Below are positions 20,402-30,990 of a stretch of 64,000 nucleotides of DNA, piece after piece. The notes below the pieces were generated by a model, which searched no databases, was not told where the DNA came from, and saw nothing but the letters and a program-made list of their open reading frames with translations. The stretch is taken from positions 992,001-1,056,000 of the forward strand of contig CP166615.1 in NCBI GenBank assembly GCA_041937175.2, given 5' to 3'. A program made the position numbers and the translations under genes. Origin of the DNA: Limnothrix sp. BL-A-16 (GTDB taxonomy: Bacteria > Cyanobacteriota > Cyanobacteriia > CACIAM-69d). Every line of letters starts with the position of its first letter. Positions within the stretch are counted from its first letter, which is position 1.

Positions 20402-22078
20402 CTAGGAGTCTTTGGCGGCTTCTAGCAGTTGTCCCCGCTCAACGGTGGGGGTAATTTGCCAACCCCGGTTTTGTAAAGATTCCAGGATTTCGCGGGAGGG
20501 GCGATAGAGCCAAACCCGATCGCCCAAGGGCTGGCCCGCCAAATCAGCGGGCGATCGCACGAACAGAAACTGCACGGCGGGATCGGTGCGATAGCCCAGC
20601 CCGATCGCCCGGCCCACCTTTTCCGGCCCCGTCAGCACCCATTGCTTAGGACGATTGGCCAGGGCGGCAGCCACTTCGCCATCATAAAAACTGCTGTATT
20701 TGTTCCACCAAGTATCCGCCTGCACCATGGTGATGCTGGAAGCGAGGCTAACCGACACCAACAGCACGGTGACGACCTGGCCCAATCGTCGGCCATATTG
20801 CCCAGCCAGGGAATGGGAAGAGCGCGGGGTTACCCAAAATTCCGCCAGGCTGTAGGCCACTGCTAAGATCACCCCGATCGAGGGGCCCAACAAGAAACGG
20901 GGCACGGTCGATCGCTGTCCCCCATCAATCAAGTCGGGAATGGCCAGGGCCAAAAAGGGCACAGCCAACCCACAAAGCACCAAACATTTCGCCGCTTCAT
21001 TGGCAAATTGGCAGAGAATTCGGAAACTCCAAACCACCAAGCCCGCCACTGGCAACAGCACGCCCCACCAAACCCAGCTTGCCAATTGGGCTTCGTCCTG
21101 GCCCGTTTCCACATTCACCAGCCGATCGCTTGTCAGGCCCTGCACATCCGCAAACAAACCCACCAGGCCAATCAACCAGCGCCGGCCGATCGTCAGCCAA
21201 CCCACATCGCGCCCCACCCAAGCCATGCCGTCAAAGTGGATCAAATAAACCACCAACCAAGGCAAAAAGGCCGCACTACCCAGCGCCGCCGCGATCGCCC
21301 AAGCGCGCATTTGACGGTTCCAACGAAACCGTTCCAGCCAAGTCATCCATAGCCCATGGCCAAAAATCGTGAGCGCAAAGGTGGGGTGAGCATACAAACC
21401 CAGGGCGATCGCCCCGCCATAGGCCAGCCATCCCCGTTGCACCCGTTGCAGTCGGCCCGCCGGGTCAAAGGCCCGGGATTCATGCCAAGCCCGCTGCACC
21501 CGCACCAACAGGGATCCGGATACCAGCACCAACAACACCACTAGGCTATATTCCCGGGCCTCCTGAGCATAGACCAAGTGCAGCGGCGACAGGCTCAACA
21601 GCAAAACCGACAGCAACGCCACGGTCCAAGAGCGGAAAAGTTCCCAAGCCAACCAAACCATGGCCGGAAAGGTGAGCCAACTGATCAAGGCTGAGGTCAA
21701 CCGAATTTGATCGATCGCCCGGCCACCAAACCCGGCCAACACCCTGGCAAATCCATAGAACAGGGGTGGATGTTGGGGATTGTCCGTGGCCAGGGCGATG
21801 GTGGTGGCTCGCAAGCCCTCGATCAGGTTTTGATCGGCGGGCAGGGTTTGGAACTGCATTAGGTCGGCCATGGTCACCGGTTGGCGATCGCTGGCGGCCC
21901 GGGTGGCCCAAGCCACGGCGGTTTCTTTGCCCACGCCGGCCACCCGCATGGCGCTATGAATTTCATCAATCCAGTGGAATTTCTGGGGCAAGTTGGTGAC
22001 CCGCAACCCCAGGCCCAGCCCAATCGCCAGAACCAAAACCAGGGACAGCAGCCAGCTCGATCGTCTTAGGGCGTACAT
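20402..22078 (-). CDS. GT39/PMT-like membrane glycosyltransferase
   Basis: WIDE, NPQHPPLFY and YAQEAREYSL motifs with many TM helices. Confidence 0.85.
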   Translation of the reverse strand: MYALRRSSWLLSLVLVLAIGLGLGLRVTNLPQKFHWIDEIHSAMRVAGVGKETAVAWATRAASDRQPVTMADLMQFQTLPADQNLIEGLRATTIALATDNPQHPPLFYGFARVLAGFGGRAIDQIRLTSALISWLTFPAMVWLAWELFRSWTVALLSVLLLSLSPLHLVYAQEAREYSLVVLLVLVSGSLLVRVQRAWHESRAFDPAGRLQRVQRGWLAYGGAIALGLYAHPTFALTIFGHGLWMTWLERFRWNRQMRAWAIAAALGSAAFLPWLVVYLIHFDGMAWVGRDVGWLTIGRRWLIGLVGLFADVQGLTSDRLVNVETGQDEAQLASWVWWGVLLPVAGLVVWSFRILCQFANEAAKCLVLCGLAVPFLALAIPDLIDGGQRSTVPRFLLGPSIGVILAVAYSLAEFWVTPRSSHSLAGQYGRRLGQVVTVLLVSVSLASSITMVQADTWWNKYSSFYDGEVAAALANRPKQWVLTGPEKVGRAIGLGYRTDPAVQFLFVRSPADLAGQPLGDRVWLYRPSREILESLQNRGWQITPTVERGQLLEAAKDS

Positions 22079-22140
22079 GGCAAGGTTAAGGGCAACGGCA
22101 AAGGGGCAAGAGAGCTAAGTTCTGGCGGTGTTCGGCAACA

Positions 22141-24084
22141 TCAGGCCGGTGGCGGCGGGGTGATCTCGGTAGCCACCTTGGCTAGGCACTTCGCATCGAG
22201 AACCACCAAATCCGGTTGTTGATAGGTCTGGCAGGGGTGATTGGGGGTTAAAAAGGTTCTGAGGGCGGGCTTTTCACCGCGATTGAGCCGATCGAGCGCC
22301 TGTTGTTGCACCGGTTGAAATTGGCGTAACCAGCGGTTGGCTCGCCGCTCCTTGGCACTCAGGTAATCGATCGTGAAGGTGTCGCGATCGAGCAGCCAAA
22401 AATCAATGCCGTATTGCTGATTGAAGGCCAACACCGCCGCCAGATCTGGGCTATAGAGCGCTTGCAGCAAATCCATCATCCGCTGCCGAAATACACGGTA
22501 ATAGCCCCAATGGTAAGGAATGGCATATTCACGGGCCACCAAAACCGATCGCCCGGCAAAGGTGGGCAGATTATCGGCCTCCTTGGCCAAGGACGCAACC
22601 CGCAAATCCACCGGCTGGGTCGCAAAAAATTGGTACAGGCCCGGCGATTCTCCGGCGACGTAGTTGGCCTTGGGGAAGCGTTTCAGGCTGAGGGGATAGA
22701 GCACTGCACCGCTAAATAGCCCGATCGCCAAGAGTGCCGCCAACAAGCGCTGAAGACCCCGGCCGGAGCCTGAGGCTGGGGCAATGGTTCGGCTGGAGTC
22801 TGGGCTAGTTCGTTGAGAGTTGGCTTCGGTGTCGGTGAATTTGGTGCTCATCACTGGATCGGTTAAGCCAGACCGCGATCGACCAGTGCCCAAGAGCTGA
22901 TCCAGCAGCAGCGTTAACACCAAGGCCGCCGCGATCGGCAACATCATCCGAATGCTGTGTTGGGTGTAGCGACCGGGCAAATGGAGCCGAAACAGCAGCA
23001 AATGGGCCAAGGTATAGCAACCGATGCCGGAGGCAAGCCAAATGGGCAACAGGGCCAGGCGATCGCTCAGTTGCTTGCCCAAATGCCAGCGATCGCGCTG
23101 CCACCAGGCCACCGGTAACAACAACCCCAAGGCCAGGGTGGCCGGCGTGAATGGATCCTTGGGCAACAGGCTGCTGCGTTGCCCCAAAATCCAAAAGTCA
23201 AACCAGTTGTCATCAAAAAAGTTGGCCCGGCCGCTGGAGAAAAACTCCGGGAGCGATCGCGCTTGGCTGACGGTCACCACCGGGCCATAGTCCGAAGCTT
23301 GCAGGGCATAGAGACCCAGGACAGTGATCCCCGCGATCCCACCGCCTAGGGCCAAGCGATCACGCCGCTGAGTTAGGGTGGCGGCGGGGCCCCAACGGCT
23401 GGCAATCAGCGCCCGCAATCCGGCCGGCCACTGCCAGCGCCATCGCCAACACCAATCAATCGCCAAGATGCCCAAGGCCACCAGGACGTATTGGGGATAG
23501 AACAGGCCCAGCAGCCCGATCGTGCCCAAAACCCAACCCAGGCTGGAGCGTACCCACCCCCAAGCAAAGGCCAAAAAGAGCGGGTAAAGGAACGATCGGG
23601 GGGTAGCGGAAGCCAAGTCATCGGTCATGGCCAACACTTGACTGGTGAGCACCGATCCCAAAAATCCGGCCACTGGAATCGGCAATAGGGCTGTGGTTAG
23701 GCCAAAGGCTAATCCTGCGACCAACAACCCCAGCCCGATCGGCAGAATTTTGCTCACCCCCAGCGGATGAAACCCTGCCCAAGCCAACAGCCGATAGAGG
23801 GTGCGATAGCCTTCCGGGGCCACGGATTGAAAATAATCCGCAATCCAATCCTCAGGAAAAAGGGTGGGATCTAGCCAGCGCTGCATCCAAAACACATGCT
23901 GGCGAGCATCGTCTTGGACAATGTAGGGGCCGCCTGTGGCCTGGCGATAGCCGGCCCAGCCAATGGCCAGGGCGATCGCCCCGCTGGCCAACAGCCAGCC
24001 CCACCAATCGCGCCGCTGGGGCTGGGCCGGAAACAGCCAGCACCGGAGCCGATCGCTCCAAGGGATGAACCGTGGGGCCGTCAT
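22141..24084 (-). CDS. conserved polytopic membrane protein (possible GT-C fold)
   Basis: QDDARQHVFWM, ATPRSF and LHLPGRY with many TM helices; coupled to murG by overlap. Confidence 0.6.
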   Translation of the reverse strand: MTAPRFIPWSDRLRCWLFPAQPQRRDWWGWLLASGAIALAIGWAGYRQATGGPYIVQDDARQHVFWMQRWLDPTLFPEDWIADYFQSVAPEGYRTLYRLLAWAGFHPLGVSKILPIGLGLLVAGLAFGLTTALLPIPVAGFLGSVLTSQVLAMTDDLASATPRSFLYPLFLAFAWGWVRSSLGWVLGTIGLLGLFYPQYVLVALGILAIDWCWRWRWQWPAGLRALIASRWGPAATLTQRRDRLALGGGIAGITVLGLYALQASDYGPVVTVSQARSLPEFFSSGRANFFDDNWFDFWILGQRSSLLPKDPFTPATLALGLLLPVAWWQRDRWHLGKQLSDRLALLPIWLASGIGCYTLAHLLLFRLHLPGRYTQHSIRMMLPIAAALVLTLLLDQLLGTGRSRSGLTDPVMSTKFTDTEANSQRTSPDSSRTIAPASGSGRGLQRLLAALLAIGLFSGAVLYPLSLKRFPKANYVAGESPGLYQFFATQPVDLRVASLAKEADNLPTFAGRSVLVAREYAIPYHWGYYRVFRQRMMDLLQALYSPDLAAVLAFNQQYGIDFWLLDRDTFTIDYLSAKERRANRWLRQFQPVQQQALDRLNRGEKPALRTFLTPNHPCQTYQQPDLVVLDAKCLAKVATEITPPPPA

Positions 24085-25190
24085 GGGCGGCGGGCTGCGC
24101 GGTCGATCGCCGCCGTCATTAATTGGGCCAACTGGGCGGCACTGTCGGGCACAGCCAGGGCGCGGGCCCGCTGGGCCATGGTGTCCAGGCGCGATCGATC
24201 CGCCAACAGTTCCAAAACTAAATCTCGCAGGCGATCGGGAGACAGTTGCCCCTGAGGAAACACCTGTGCGGCCCCCGCTTCCACAAAAACTTGCGCATTA
24301 AACGTTTGGTGATCATCGGCCGCGAAGGGATAGGGCACCAAAATCGAGGGGGTGGCGGTGGCGGCCAGCTCCGTTAACGTGCCTGCACCCGATCGACTCA
24401 CGGCCAAATCGGCCCGCCCCAGCAGGCTAGCCATATCGTCATAGAACGGGAGCGCAATGTATTGGGGATGTTCAAAGCTGGCCGCATCCGGATCCCGATC
24501 GCCCGTTAAATGCACCACCCAAGCCCCCATCGCAAACCAAGCCGCCGCCACTTCCCGCACCAACCGATTCAGGGCCACGGCCCCTTGGCTGCCGCCGGCC
24601 ACCACAATCAACGGTGCATCCTCCGGCACGGGCAAGGCCAGCGGTTCCGGCTTCCAGAATCGATCGCGGGCGGGCGTGCCGGTGCAAAGGGCCGCAATCT
24701 TCCGTTGGCGCAACCGCTGGCCCGCCACCTCAAAGCCCACGGCCACCGTGTCGCACCAGGGACCAAACCAGCGCGTGACCCGGCCAGGAATGGCGTTGGA
24801 CTCGTGCAACACCACGGGCAACCCAAGCGATCGAGCGGCCACAATGGCCGGCCCGGCAATATAACCCCCGGTGGTCAGCACGCCGGCAAACTGTCCCCGC
24901 TGCAACAGCCGACGTACCGCAAAGACAGACTTCACCAAGCCATAGGCCGTGGACAGGGTTTTCCAGCCCAATCGCTCCTGAAAACCGGTCACCGGAATGG
25001 TGTGCAATGGAAAGCAATCGGGTACAAGCTTTGTTTCCAGGCGATCGGGCACACCAAGCCACTCGATCGTCCATCGATCGGTCAACTCTTGGGCCGCCGC
25101 CAGCGCCGGGAACAAATGCCCTCCCGTGCCACTGGCGGCCACTAACAATCGCTGCGGGGCGGTTGCTGCCAAACCGTTTCTCTCTTTCAA
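24081..25190 (-). CDS. murG: lipid II GlcNAc transferase MurG
   Basis: SGTGGHLFPA, HESNAIPG, GGSQGA, RSGAGT and DDHQTFNA motifs. Confidence 0.97.
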   Translation of the reverse strand: MKERNGLAATAPQRLLVAASGTGGHLFPALAAAQELTDRWTIEWLGVPDRLETKLVPDCFPLHTIPVTGFQERLGWKTLSTAYGLVKSVFAVRRLLQRGQFAGVLTTGGYIAGPAIVAARSLGLPVVLHESNAIPGRVTRWFGPWCDTVAVGFEVAGQRLRQRKIAALCTGTPARDRFWKPEPLALPVPEDAPLIVVAGGSQGAVALNRLVREVAAAWFAMGAWVVHLTGDRDPDAASFEHPQYIALPFYDDMASLLGRADLAVSRSGAGTLTELAATATPSILVPYPFAADDHQTFNAQVFVEAGAAQVFPQGQLSPDRLRDLVLELLADRSRLDTMAQRARALAVPDSAAQLAQLMTAAIDRAARRP

Positions 25191-25304
25191 CCGCTACAAT
25201 CGGACAGGCAAGGCGGGAACTGATTTCAGAGCGGCGCAATCCGAGCGATCGCCCCCTTTGAGTCATCAATCCGGCCGATTCCCGACTTCTTAAATTATCA
25301 TTCC

Positions 25305-26111
25305 ATGCTTCTTCGTGCTTGTTACGTCTTGGGAAATCCGCAACCGATCCAGCGGGCTAGCCGGTGGGGACTCGCCCTCGGAGCCAGTCTGCTGATGGCC
25401 ATGGGCACTGCCGTCAACCCTGCCGCCGCCGTAACGATCGATCCCAACGTGCAAGCCCTGTTGAGCGACATCGATCGCGCCGCCAGCGCCAAAGATACCG
25501 GTTTGCTGCAACGGTTCGCCCCCAATTTCCGCAGCGCCGACGGTCTCAGCCGCGACGAGTTGGGCCGCTCCCTCAGCCAGTTTTGGCAATCCTTTGATCA
25601 GGTGACCTACAGCACCACCGTTGAAAAGGCTGATCGCGATCGGGATACTTGGATTCTCGAAACCCGCACCGACATTACCGCCACCAAAGCCAACACCACC
25701 CTCGGGCCCGTCAAACTGGTTACGGAAGTCCGCGCCCGCCAGACCATTCAAAACGGCCTGGTAATCCGTCAAGAACTGCTTGATGAGCGCACCACCACCC
25801 AATGGGGCAGCAAACCACCTCGCGTGAGGGTGCGGCTGCCGGAGCGAGTGCGCCCGGGAGATACCTACACCTTCGATGCGATCGTGCAAGATCCGTTGGG
25901 CGACACCCTCTTGGCTGGCAGCGCGATCGATATGCCCGTGCGCCCGGAGGTGTATGCCATTCCCCAAAATGCAGCCCTAGAACCCATTTCTGCTGGGGGG
26001 TTGTTCAAGGTGGGGCGCGCGCCCAATAGCCCAGGATCTCGCTGGATTTCCGCTGTTTTGGTGGGGCCCGAAGGCATGACTTGGATTACCGAACGCTTGG
26101 AAGTGCGCTAG
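25305..26111 (+). CDS. exported NTF2/SnoaL-like domain protein
   Basis: Signal-like segment, FAPNFRSADGL and GGLFKVGRAP; typical cyanobacterial gene divergent from murG. Confidence 0.65.
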   Translation: MLLRACYVLGNPQPIQRASRWGLALGASLLMAMGTAVNPAAAVTIDPNVQALLSDIDRAASAKDTGLLQRFAPNFRSADGLSRDELGRSLSQFWQSFDQVTYSTTVEKADRDRDTWILETRTDITATKANTTLGPVKLVTEVRARQTIQNGLVIRQELLDERTTTQWGSKPPRVRVRLPERVRPGDTYTFDAIVQDPLGDTLLAGSAIDMPVRPEVYAIPQNAALEPISAGGLFKVGRAPNSPGSRWISAVLVGPEGMTWITERLEVR

Positions 26112-26142
26112 GTCTTTTACGACGAGCCTAGATTGGGCTGGA

Positions 26143-29010
26143 TTAATTGGACTGGCGGAATTGGCGACAATTCAACGGGAAACCCAACTGGGGAGTCGCT
26201 TGCTTGGCCACAAGGGCGATCGAACCGTTGGCCCGAGTCACCCAACCTTGAGCTTCAACAATTGGCTCAGAAATAACTGGCTCAGATGGCCCGGCGGAAA
26301 CCGTGCGATCGGGCAAATTCGGGGCGATCGCCCGATCAGGAGCATCCGTCGCCTCCCCCGTCAGGTTGCCACCCAGCCACCGCACATCATCCCAATAGGC
26401 CCCCGCACTGCTGGCTGGCTGATCGGGTTCCGCCGGTAAGCCACCCCGTCCTGTCACCACAAATCGGTTACCCTCATCCGCTGCGCAACCGATAATAATC
26501 GCCGCTGTTGGATCCAAAGTGTCTTCCGGTAAGTCAATCAACCCCGACTCATCATTGAAGTTTTGGGTGTTGATTTGCACCGCGCCGCTGAAATTCGCCC
26601 CCAGCCCCGAAGTGGCCGTGATGTCGCTTTGGGGGGTGAGCTGCTGTCGAAAGGCCGTTCCCAAAACCGTATCCGCTTGAATGTCAACGCGCCCGCCCCG
26701 CCCCGCCTGGGCATTCGCCGTAATGTCGCTATTTTGTAGGGCGGCCAGGGAAGAAAGCTGAAACCGGATGTTGCCGCCGTCACTGCGCACGGCGTTGGTG
26801 GCGATCGAACTGCCGGCCAACATTTGCAGCGTGTTCACCTGCACATCAATGTTGCCCCCACGGCCGGAGGCGGTGTTGGCGGTGATGTTACTGTTTTCCA
26901 AACGGAGGCGATCGCCCGTGATGCTGAGGCTGCCCGCATCCCCCGTCAGGCTGCTGTTGACGGCAATTTCCCCTTGGTTGCGAATCACCAAATCGCCCAC
27001 TTGCAGGTTTAAACTGCCGCTGTTGCCCGTGGCGGTGATTTGGGGCAAATCTGCTCGCCCGGAAACCGCCAACAGCCCGCTGCGGAAACCATCGGCCGAT
27101 CGCCCACTGATTTCCATGCGATCGGCCTTGATGGTGATGTCTCCCCCTTGACCCAACCCCAGCGAGGAGCTAGAGAGGGTTGCGCCGTCCAAAACCCGCA
27201 GGAATGGCGTTTCAATCAACACGTTGCCGGCCGGATATTCCGTGAAGGTATCGGTGGCAATCCCACTGGAGAACAAGCGATCACCGGAACTTCCAATCAG
27301 GTCAATTTGGCGGGCGGCCCGAATCGTAATTTCGCCGGGTACCCCTCCCACCGGAAACAACCCAATCCGAATGTTGGCCCCGCTCTGCCCCCCAATAAAT
27401 GCCCCATCACGCACCGTGAGGGTATTGGTTTCAATGAGCATGGCTCCGCCCCGACCATTGCCAGCGATGGTGTTCGTGAAAATCCCACTGGCCACGGAAG
27501 CAAGGGGCACTGCATCTTTAATTTCAATGCCGTCCCGAACTTGCACCGTCAAAGCGCCGCCGGGGCCGTTGCCTAAATTCACCGTCACCAGTAGCGCTCC
27601 CCCTTGCACCAACAAGGATCCAGCGCGAATCGTGAGGGATCCGCCTTCGCCCGTGGACTCGCGAGCATTGCCCGTACCAATCAGGGAGCTAGCCGCATTC
27701 GTTTGCTCGGCATTGATGATGATGTCGCCGCCTCGGGCTGCGCCAAAGGTGGGCGCAAACACAACGGCCCCATCGGCAACTGTCAGGTTGCGCGCATTCA
27801 GCCGAATGGAACCCCCATTCCCCAGTCCAGCGGTGTTGATGTATAAGCCAGCGATGCGAACTTCAGGGGTAATTTGCCCCACCAAGCTGCCGCCAACAAT
27901 CACCTCGTTCACAAACTGCAATCCCAGGCCACTGAGGGTGATGGCATCGGTGGCACGAATATCAATGTCGCCGCCCTGGCCGGAGGCAAAGGTGCTGGCG
28001 GAAAGGAGGGCGGGCCCTTGGGTGTTGAAGCGGTTGGCTTCAATGACGATCGAGCCACCTCGGCCGGAGCCGCTGGTGTCGGTCACGATCGCGCTGGGCT
28101 GTTGGCCGGTGGGATCAATGCCCGCCACCACCACTTGATCAGCCCCGATCGCGATTCCCCGGCCGTTCACTGCCCCTTGCGTCAGGGCGGTGACCGTGGA
28201 GCCGTTGAGGATGGCCACTTGGCCCGCCTGCAGATTCAGCAGGCCACCGCCGGGCCCGCTGGCATCGATCGCGGCTTGCTGATCCAAATTAATCACGCCG
28301 CTGCGTTGGGCCGTGCCCAGGCCGATCGGCCCGTTGGTTTGCCAGCGCACCGTACCACCGGCCGCGCTGATCAGATCAATTTGCCCCTGAGGAGCCACGG
28401 CCCGCCCGCCCGCCAGGTCGATCGCCCCGCCCACCAACGACAGCCGCTGGGTCGGAGCCACCACCAAACTCCCCAACAGCCGAATCGGAGCCGGTTGTGA
28501 ACCTAACTGCAACCCTAAAGGAACCTGGGAGGACAACAGTGGGGCCCCACCCGATCGCCCCGCATCAAAGGTCACCCCATCGCCAAACACCAACCCTTCG
28601 GCCGTGCTGGCCCAAAATGCGCCCCCCAGTTGCAACTGGGCATTGGGCCCAAACAAAATTCCGTTGGGATTCAGCAGAAAAAGATTGGTTGAACCATTGG
28701 CCCGAAGCGTGCCCAAAATCTCCGATCCTTGGCTACCGGTCACCCGGGTGATGGCGTTTTGAACCTCTGCGCCCGTGTTGAACCAAGCGGTTATGCCCTC
28801 AGGAACCGAAAAGCGCTCAAAGCTGTGGAATAAATTCCCTCCCGATCGGGTGCCCCCGTCGATCTGGATCGTGTCGCCCGTGGTTTGGATGCGCGACGGT
28901 TCCGGCAATGTGCCATCGGGGGCGATCGGCCCCACTTGGGCCCCGGCAGCGCCTCCCCAAAGCCAAACACAACAGCCCGCCGCCAGCCATCTTCGCCGCA
29001 AATTTCCCAT
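26143..29010 (-). CDS. filamentous haemagglutinin N-terminal (TPS) domain exoprotein
   Basis: NLFHSFERFSV and NLFLLNPNGILFG, repeated GxGGxIxI beta-helix units, and C-terminal FVVTGRGGLP / IVEAQGW. Start uncertain. Confidence 0.9.
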   Translation of the reverse strand: MGNLRRRWLAAGCCVWLWGGAAGAQVGPIAPDGTLPEPSRIQTTGDTIQIDGGTRSGGNLFHSFERFSVPEGITAWFNTGAEVQNAITRVTGSQGSEILGTLRANGSTNLFLLNPNGILFGPNAQLQLGGAFWASTAEGLVFGDGVTFDAGRSGGAPLLSSQVPLGLQLGSQPAPIRLLGSLVVAPTQRLSLVGGAIDLAGGRAVAPQGQIDLISAAGGTVRWQTNGPIGLGTAQRSGVINLDQQAAIDASGPGGGLLNLQAGQVAILNGSTVTALTQGAVNGRGIAIGADQVVVAGIDPTGQQPSAIVTDTSGSGRGGSIVIEANRFNTQGPALLSASTFASGQGGDIDIRATDAITLSGLGLQFVNEVIVGGSLVGQITPEVRIAGLYINTAGLGNGGSIRLNARNLTVADGAVVFAPTFGAARGGDIIINAEQTNAASSLIGTGNARESTGEGGSLTIRAGSLLVQGGALLVTVNLGNGPGGALTVQVRDGIEIKDAVPLASVASGIFTNTIAGNGRGGAMLIETNTLTVRDGAFIGGQSGANIRIGLFPVGGVPGEITIRAARQIDLIGSSGDRLFSSGIATDTFTEYPAGNVLIETPFLRVLDGATLSSSSLGLGQGGDITIKADRMEISGRSADGFRSGLLAVSGRADLPQITATGNSGSLNLQVGDLVIRNQGEIAVNSSLTGDAGSLSITGDRLRLENSNITANTASGRGGNIDVQVNTLQMLAGSSIATNAVRSDGGNIRFQLSSLAALQNSDITANAQAGRGGRVDIQADTVLGTAFRQQLTPQSDITATSGLGANFSGAVQINTQNFNDESGLIDLPEDTLDPTAAIIIGCAADEGNRFVVTGRGGLPAEPDQPASSAGAYWDDVRWLGGNLTGEATDAPDRAIAPNLPDRTVSAGPSEPVISEPIVEAQGWVTRANGSIALVAKQATPQLGFPLNCRQFRQSN

Positions 29011-29348
29011 CGTCCTTTGGATCGGTGTTTGGCCCGTTTGACCCGTTTGGCCAAGGCCCCCTCCCAGGAAGATAACAAACGGCCAGCGAGTGCTGAGGCT
29101 CCCCGCGTTTGCTGTATTTACCCGATCGCCAGTCATGAAACAACGCATCCAAAACGCCTCATGGGCGGCCAAGCAAGGAGTCCGCCTTGCTGTGTTATAC
29201 CAACGACCCGAGACGCACCCGTAAAAGCAATCGATCTCAAACCATCAAATCATCAAGATTCATGATCAAAGATTCATGATCAAAGATTTCTGATCGCAAT
29301 TCCTGATCCAAGTCAATCATCTAATTTTCAATCCTCAAACTGACCGAG

Positions 29349-29813
29349 CTACCGCTTGAGGGCCCGTTCCATATCGCGCTGATCTTGCTTGCGCTTGAGA
29401 TCTTCGCGCTTGTCGTGCAGTTTCTTGCCTCGGGCCAGCCCGATCGCCACCTTGACCCATCCCCCCTTTAAATACATGCGCAAGGGAACCAGGGTCAGTC
29501 CCTTTTGATCCACCTGTCCCACCAGTTTGCGGATTTCTTCCTTGTGTAGCAGCAGCTTGCGCGTGCGGCGAGGGTCGTGGTTAAAGTAGCTGCCCGTGGT
29601 GTCGTGGGGCGAAATATGCACATTCAGCAGCAACGCTTCGCCATTGCGAATGAGGGCGAAACCATCCCGCAGGTTCACCTTGCCAGCCCGAATGGACTTC
29701 ACCTCAGTGCCCTTCAGTTCAACCCCCGCCTCGTAGGTTGCCAAAATTTCGTACTCGTAGCGGGCTTGGCGGTTGTCAGCGACAATTTTGTACCCACTTT
29801 GCTTGTCGGCCAC
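29349..29813 (-). CDS. smpB: SsrA-binding protein
   Basis: [24 protein letters not shown] and GKKLHDKRE motifs. Confidence 0.98.
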   Translation of the reverse strand: MADKQSGYKIVADNRQARYEYEILATYEAGVELKGTEVKSIRAGKVNLRDGFALIRNGEALLLNVHISPHDTTGSYFNHDPRRTRKLLLHKEEIRKLVGQVDQKGLTLVPLRMYLKGGWVKVAIGLARGKKLHDKREDLKRKQDQRDMERALKR

Positions 29814-30283
29814 GCTGTTGATTAACCCTCCGTCGCGCTCTGACCCCGATTGGGAATCTTCATGTTGGTTCTGAGACCCAGGCCTGACCGGGATCGATAG
29901 GAGGTCTATTCTAACCGCTGATTCATCTCAAGCGGCGCAGTACCGGGATTTTGCAAGATTTGCGAGCCGATGGCGGTGGTGATTAGGGGCGATCGGGGGC
30001 AATCGGTGATGATCCGGGGTGGTGAGGAGTGGGATTGCAAAGCAAATGGCAAAAACATCGGCAAGGCCGGCAGCGATTAATCCTTCAGCAACCCTTCAGC
30101 AAGCTTTTCGCCAGATCATCGCGATCGAATCCTCAACTTGCGATCGATCCATGATGCAGTTTCCAAGGCTCTCGATCGCCCTCAGCAGTTTCCATGCAAG
30201 GGTTTTGGGCGAGGGCCAACGGTTCGATCGCCACCCATTCATCAGCCCCAGCGATCTTTGCTTCACAAAATATTAAGTGCCCC

Positions 30284-30319
30284 TTGACTATTTTGGGCTT
30301 AAATCGTATCTTTAGATAC
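30284..30319 (+). promoter_or_regulatory. sigma70-type promoter overlapped by an NtcA box (repressive geometry)
   Basis: TTGACT (30284-89), 17-bp spacer, TATCTT (30307-12). GTA-TCTTTAGA-TAC (30306-19) overlaps the -10 element. Confidence 0.75.
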
Positions 30320-30327
30320 AGAAACCA

Positions 30328-30483
30328 ATCGTTCATCTTTCCCCGCTAACACCACAGCTTGCAGGTCACCCTAGCAGCCGTTAGTTAGAAAGAAAGACGG
30401 AAGTAGGGATTCTAGGTCAATGTCGATTTTGGGTTAAGTCCTAACCACCGATCCACAGCCCGCAAATCCCGAAGGAACGCGCC
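30328..30483 (+). ncRNA. glutamine (glnA-type) riboswitch
   Basis: ATCGTTCATCT...AGACGGAAGTAGGG...CCCGAAGGAACGCGCC, with P1 CGTTC/GAACG and P3 GGGATT/AATCCC, upstream of a gifB-like gene. Confidence 0.88.
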
Positions 30484-30522
30484 TCAGTCAGATCCTGAAC
30501 GCATCTCCTGGAGGCGATCCTC

Positions 30523-30990
30523 ATGAAACTCATTTATCGCGGTGTCCGGTACGACAGCACAGAAACCCCTCTGCCCACGGTAGAAACGGGCCACACTGGT
30601 CGATATCGCGGATTGGAAGTGCATTTCCGCCATGCCGAAAGCATTCCGCCGCAGCCAGTCAATGATCTGACCTATCGGGGTGTCGCCTATCGCACGGGCG
30701 CTGAGGCCTTCGCGCCCAGCAGCGTCCCCGCTAGCCGCCCCGTCACTTCGCCGATCAGCCAACCCCTTACCGCAGGTTCTGTTATGTCTACCCAATCGAT
30801 CTCCGCTCGTGCTCGCGTCCAAATGATGTCCCGTCATCATCAAGCCGCTGCTCGTGAACAATTGGCACTCGATCGCGCAGCAGCCGAATTGGGTCTGGGC
30901 CACCTGTCGTCTACTTTCAGCCGCATCCAAGGCAAAATGCAACACGACATCGCCATTTCCTGCGAACCCAGCTCCGTCGCGATGAGCTAA
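30523..30990 (+). CDS. gifB: glutamine synthetase inactivating factor IF17 (DUF4278 family)
   Basis: Three YRG repeats, an IF7-like C-terminus (ARVQMMSRHHQ...LDRAAAELGL), GGAGG Shine-Dalgarno, and upstream riboswitch and NtcA box. Confidence 0.8.
   Translation: MKLIYRGVRYDSTETPLPTVETGHTGRYRGLEVHFRHAESIPPQPVNDLTYRGVAYRTGAEAFAPSSVPASRPVTSPISQPLTAGSVMSTQSISARARVQMMSRHHQAAAREQLALDRAAAELGLGHLSSTFSRIQGKMQHDIAISCEPSSVAMS

Noticed and set aside
29814..30280. tmRNA (ssrA) next to smpB
   Set aside because: No tRNA-Ala-like ends or tag reading frame were recognised.
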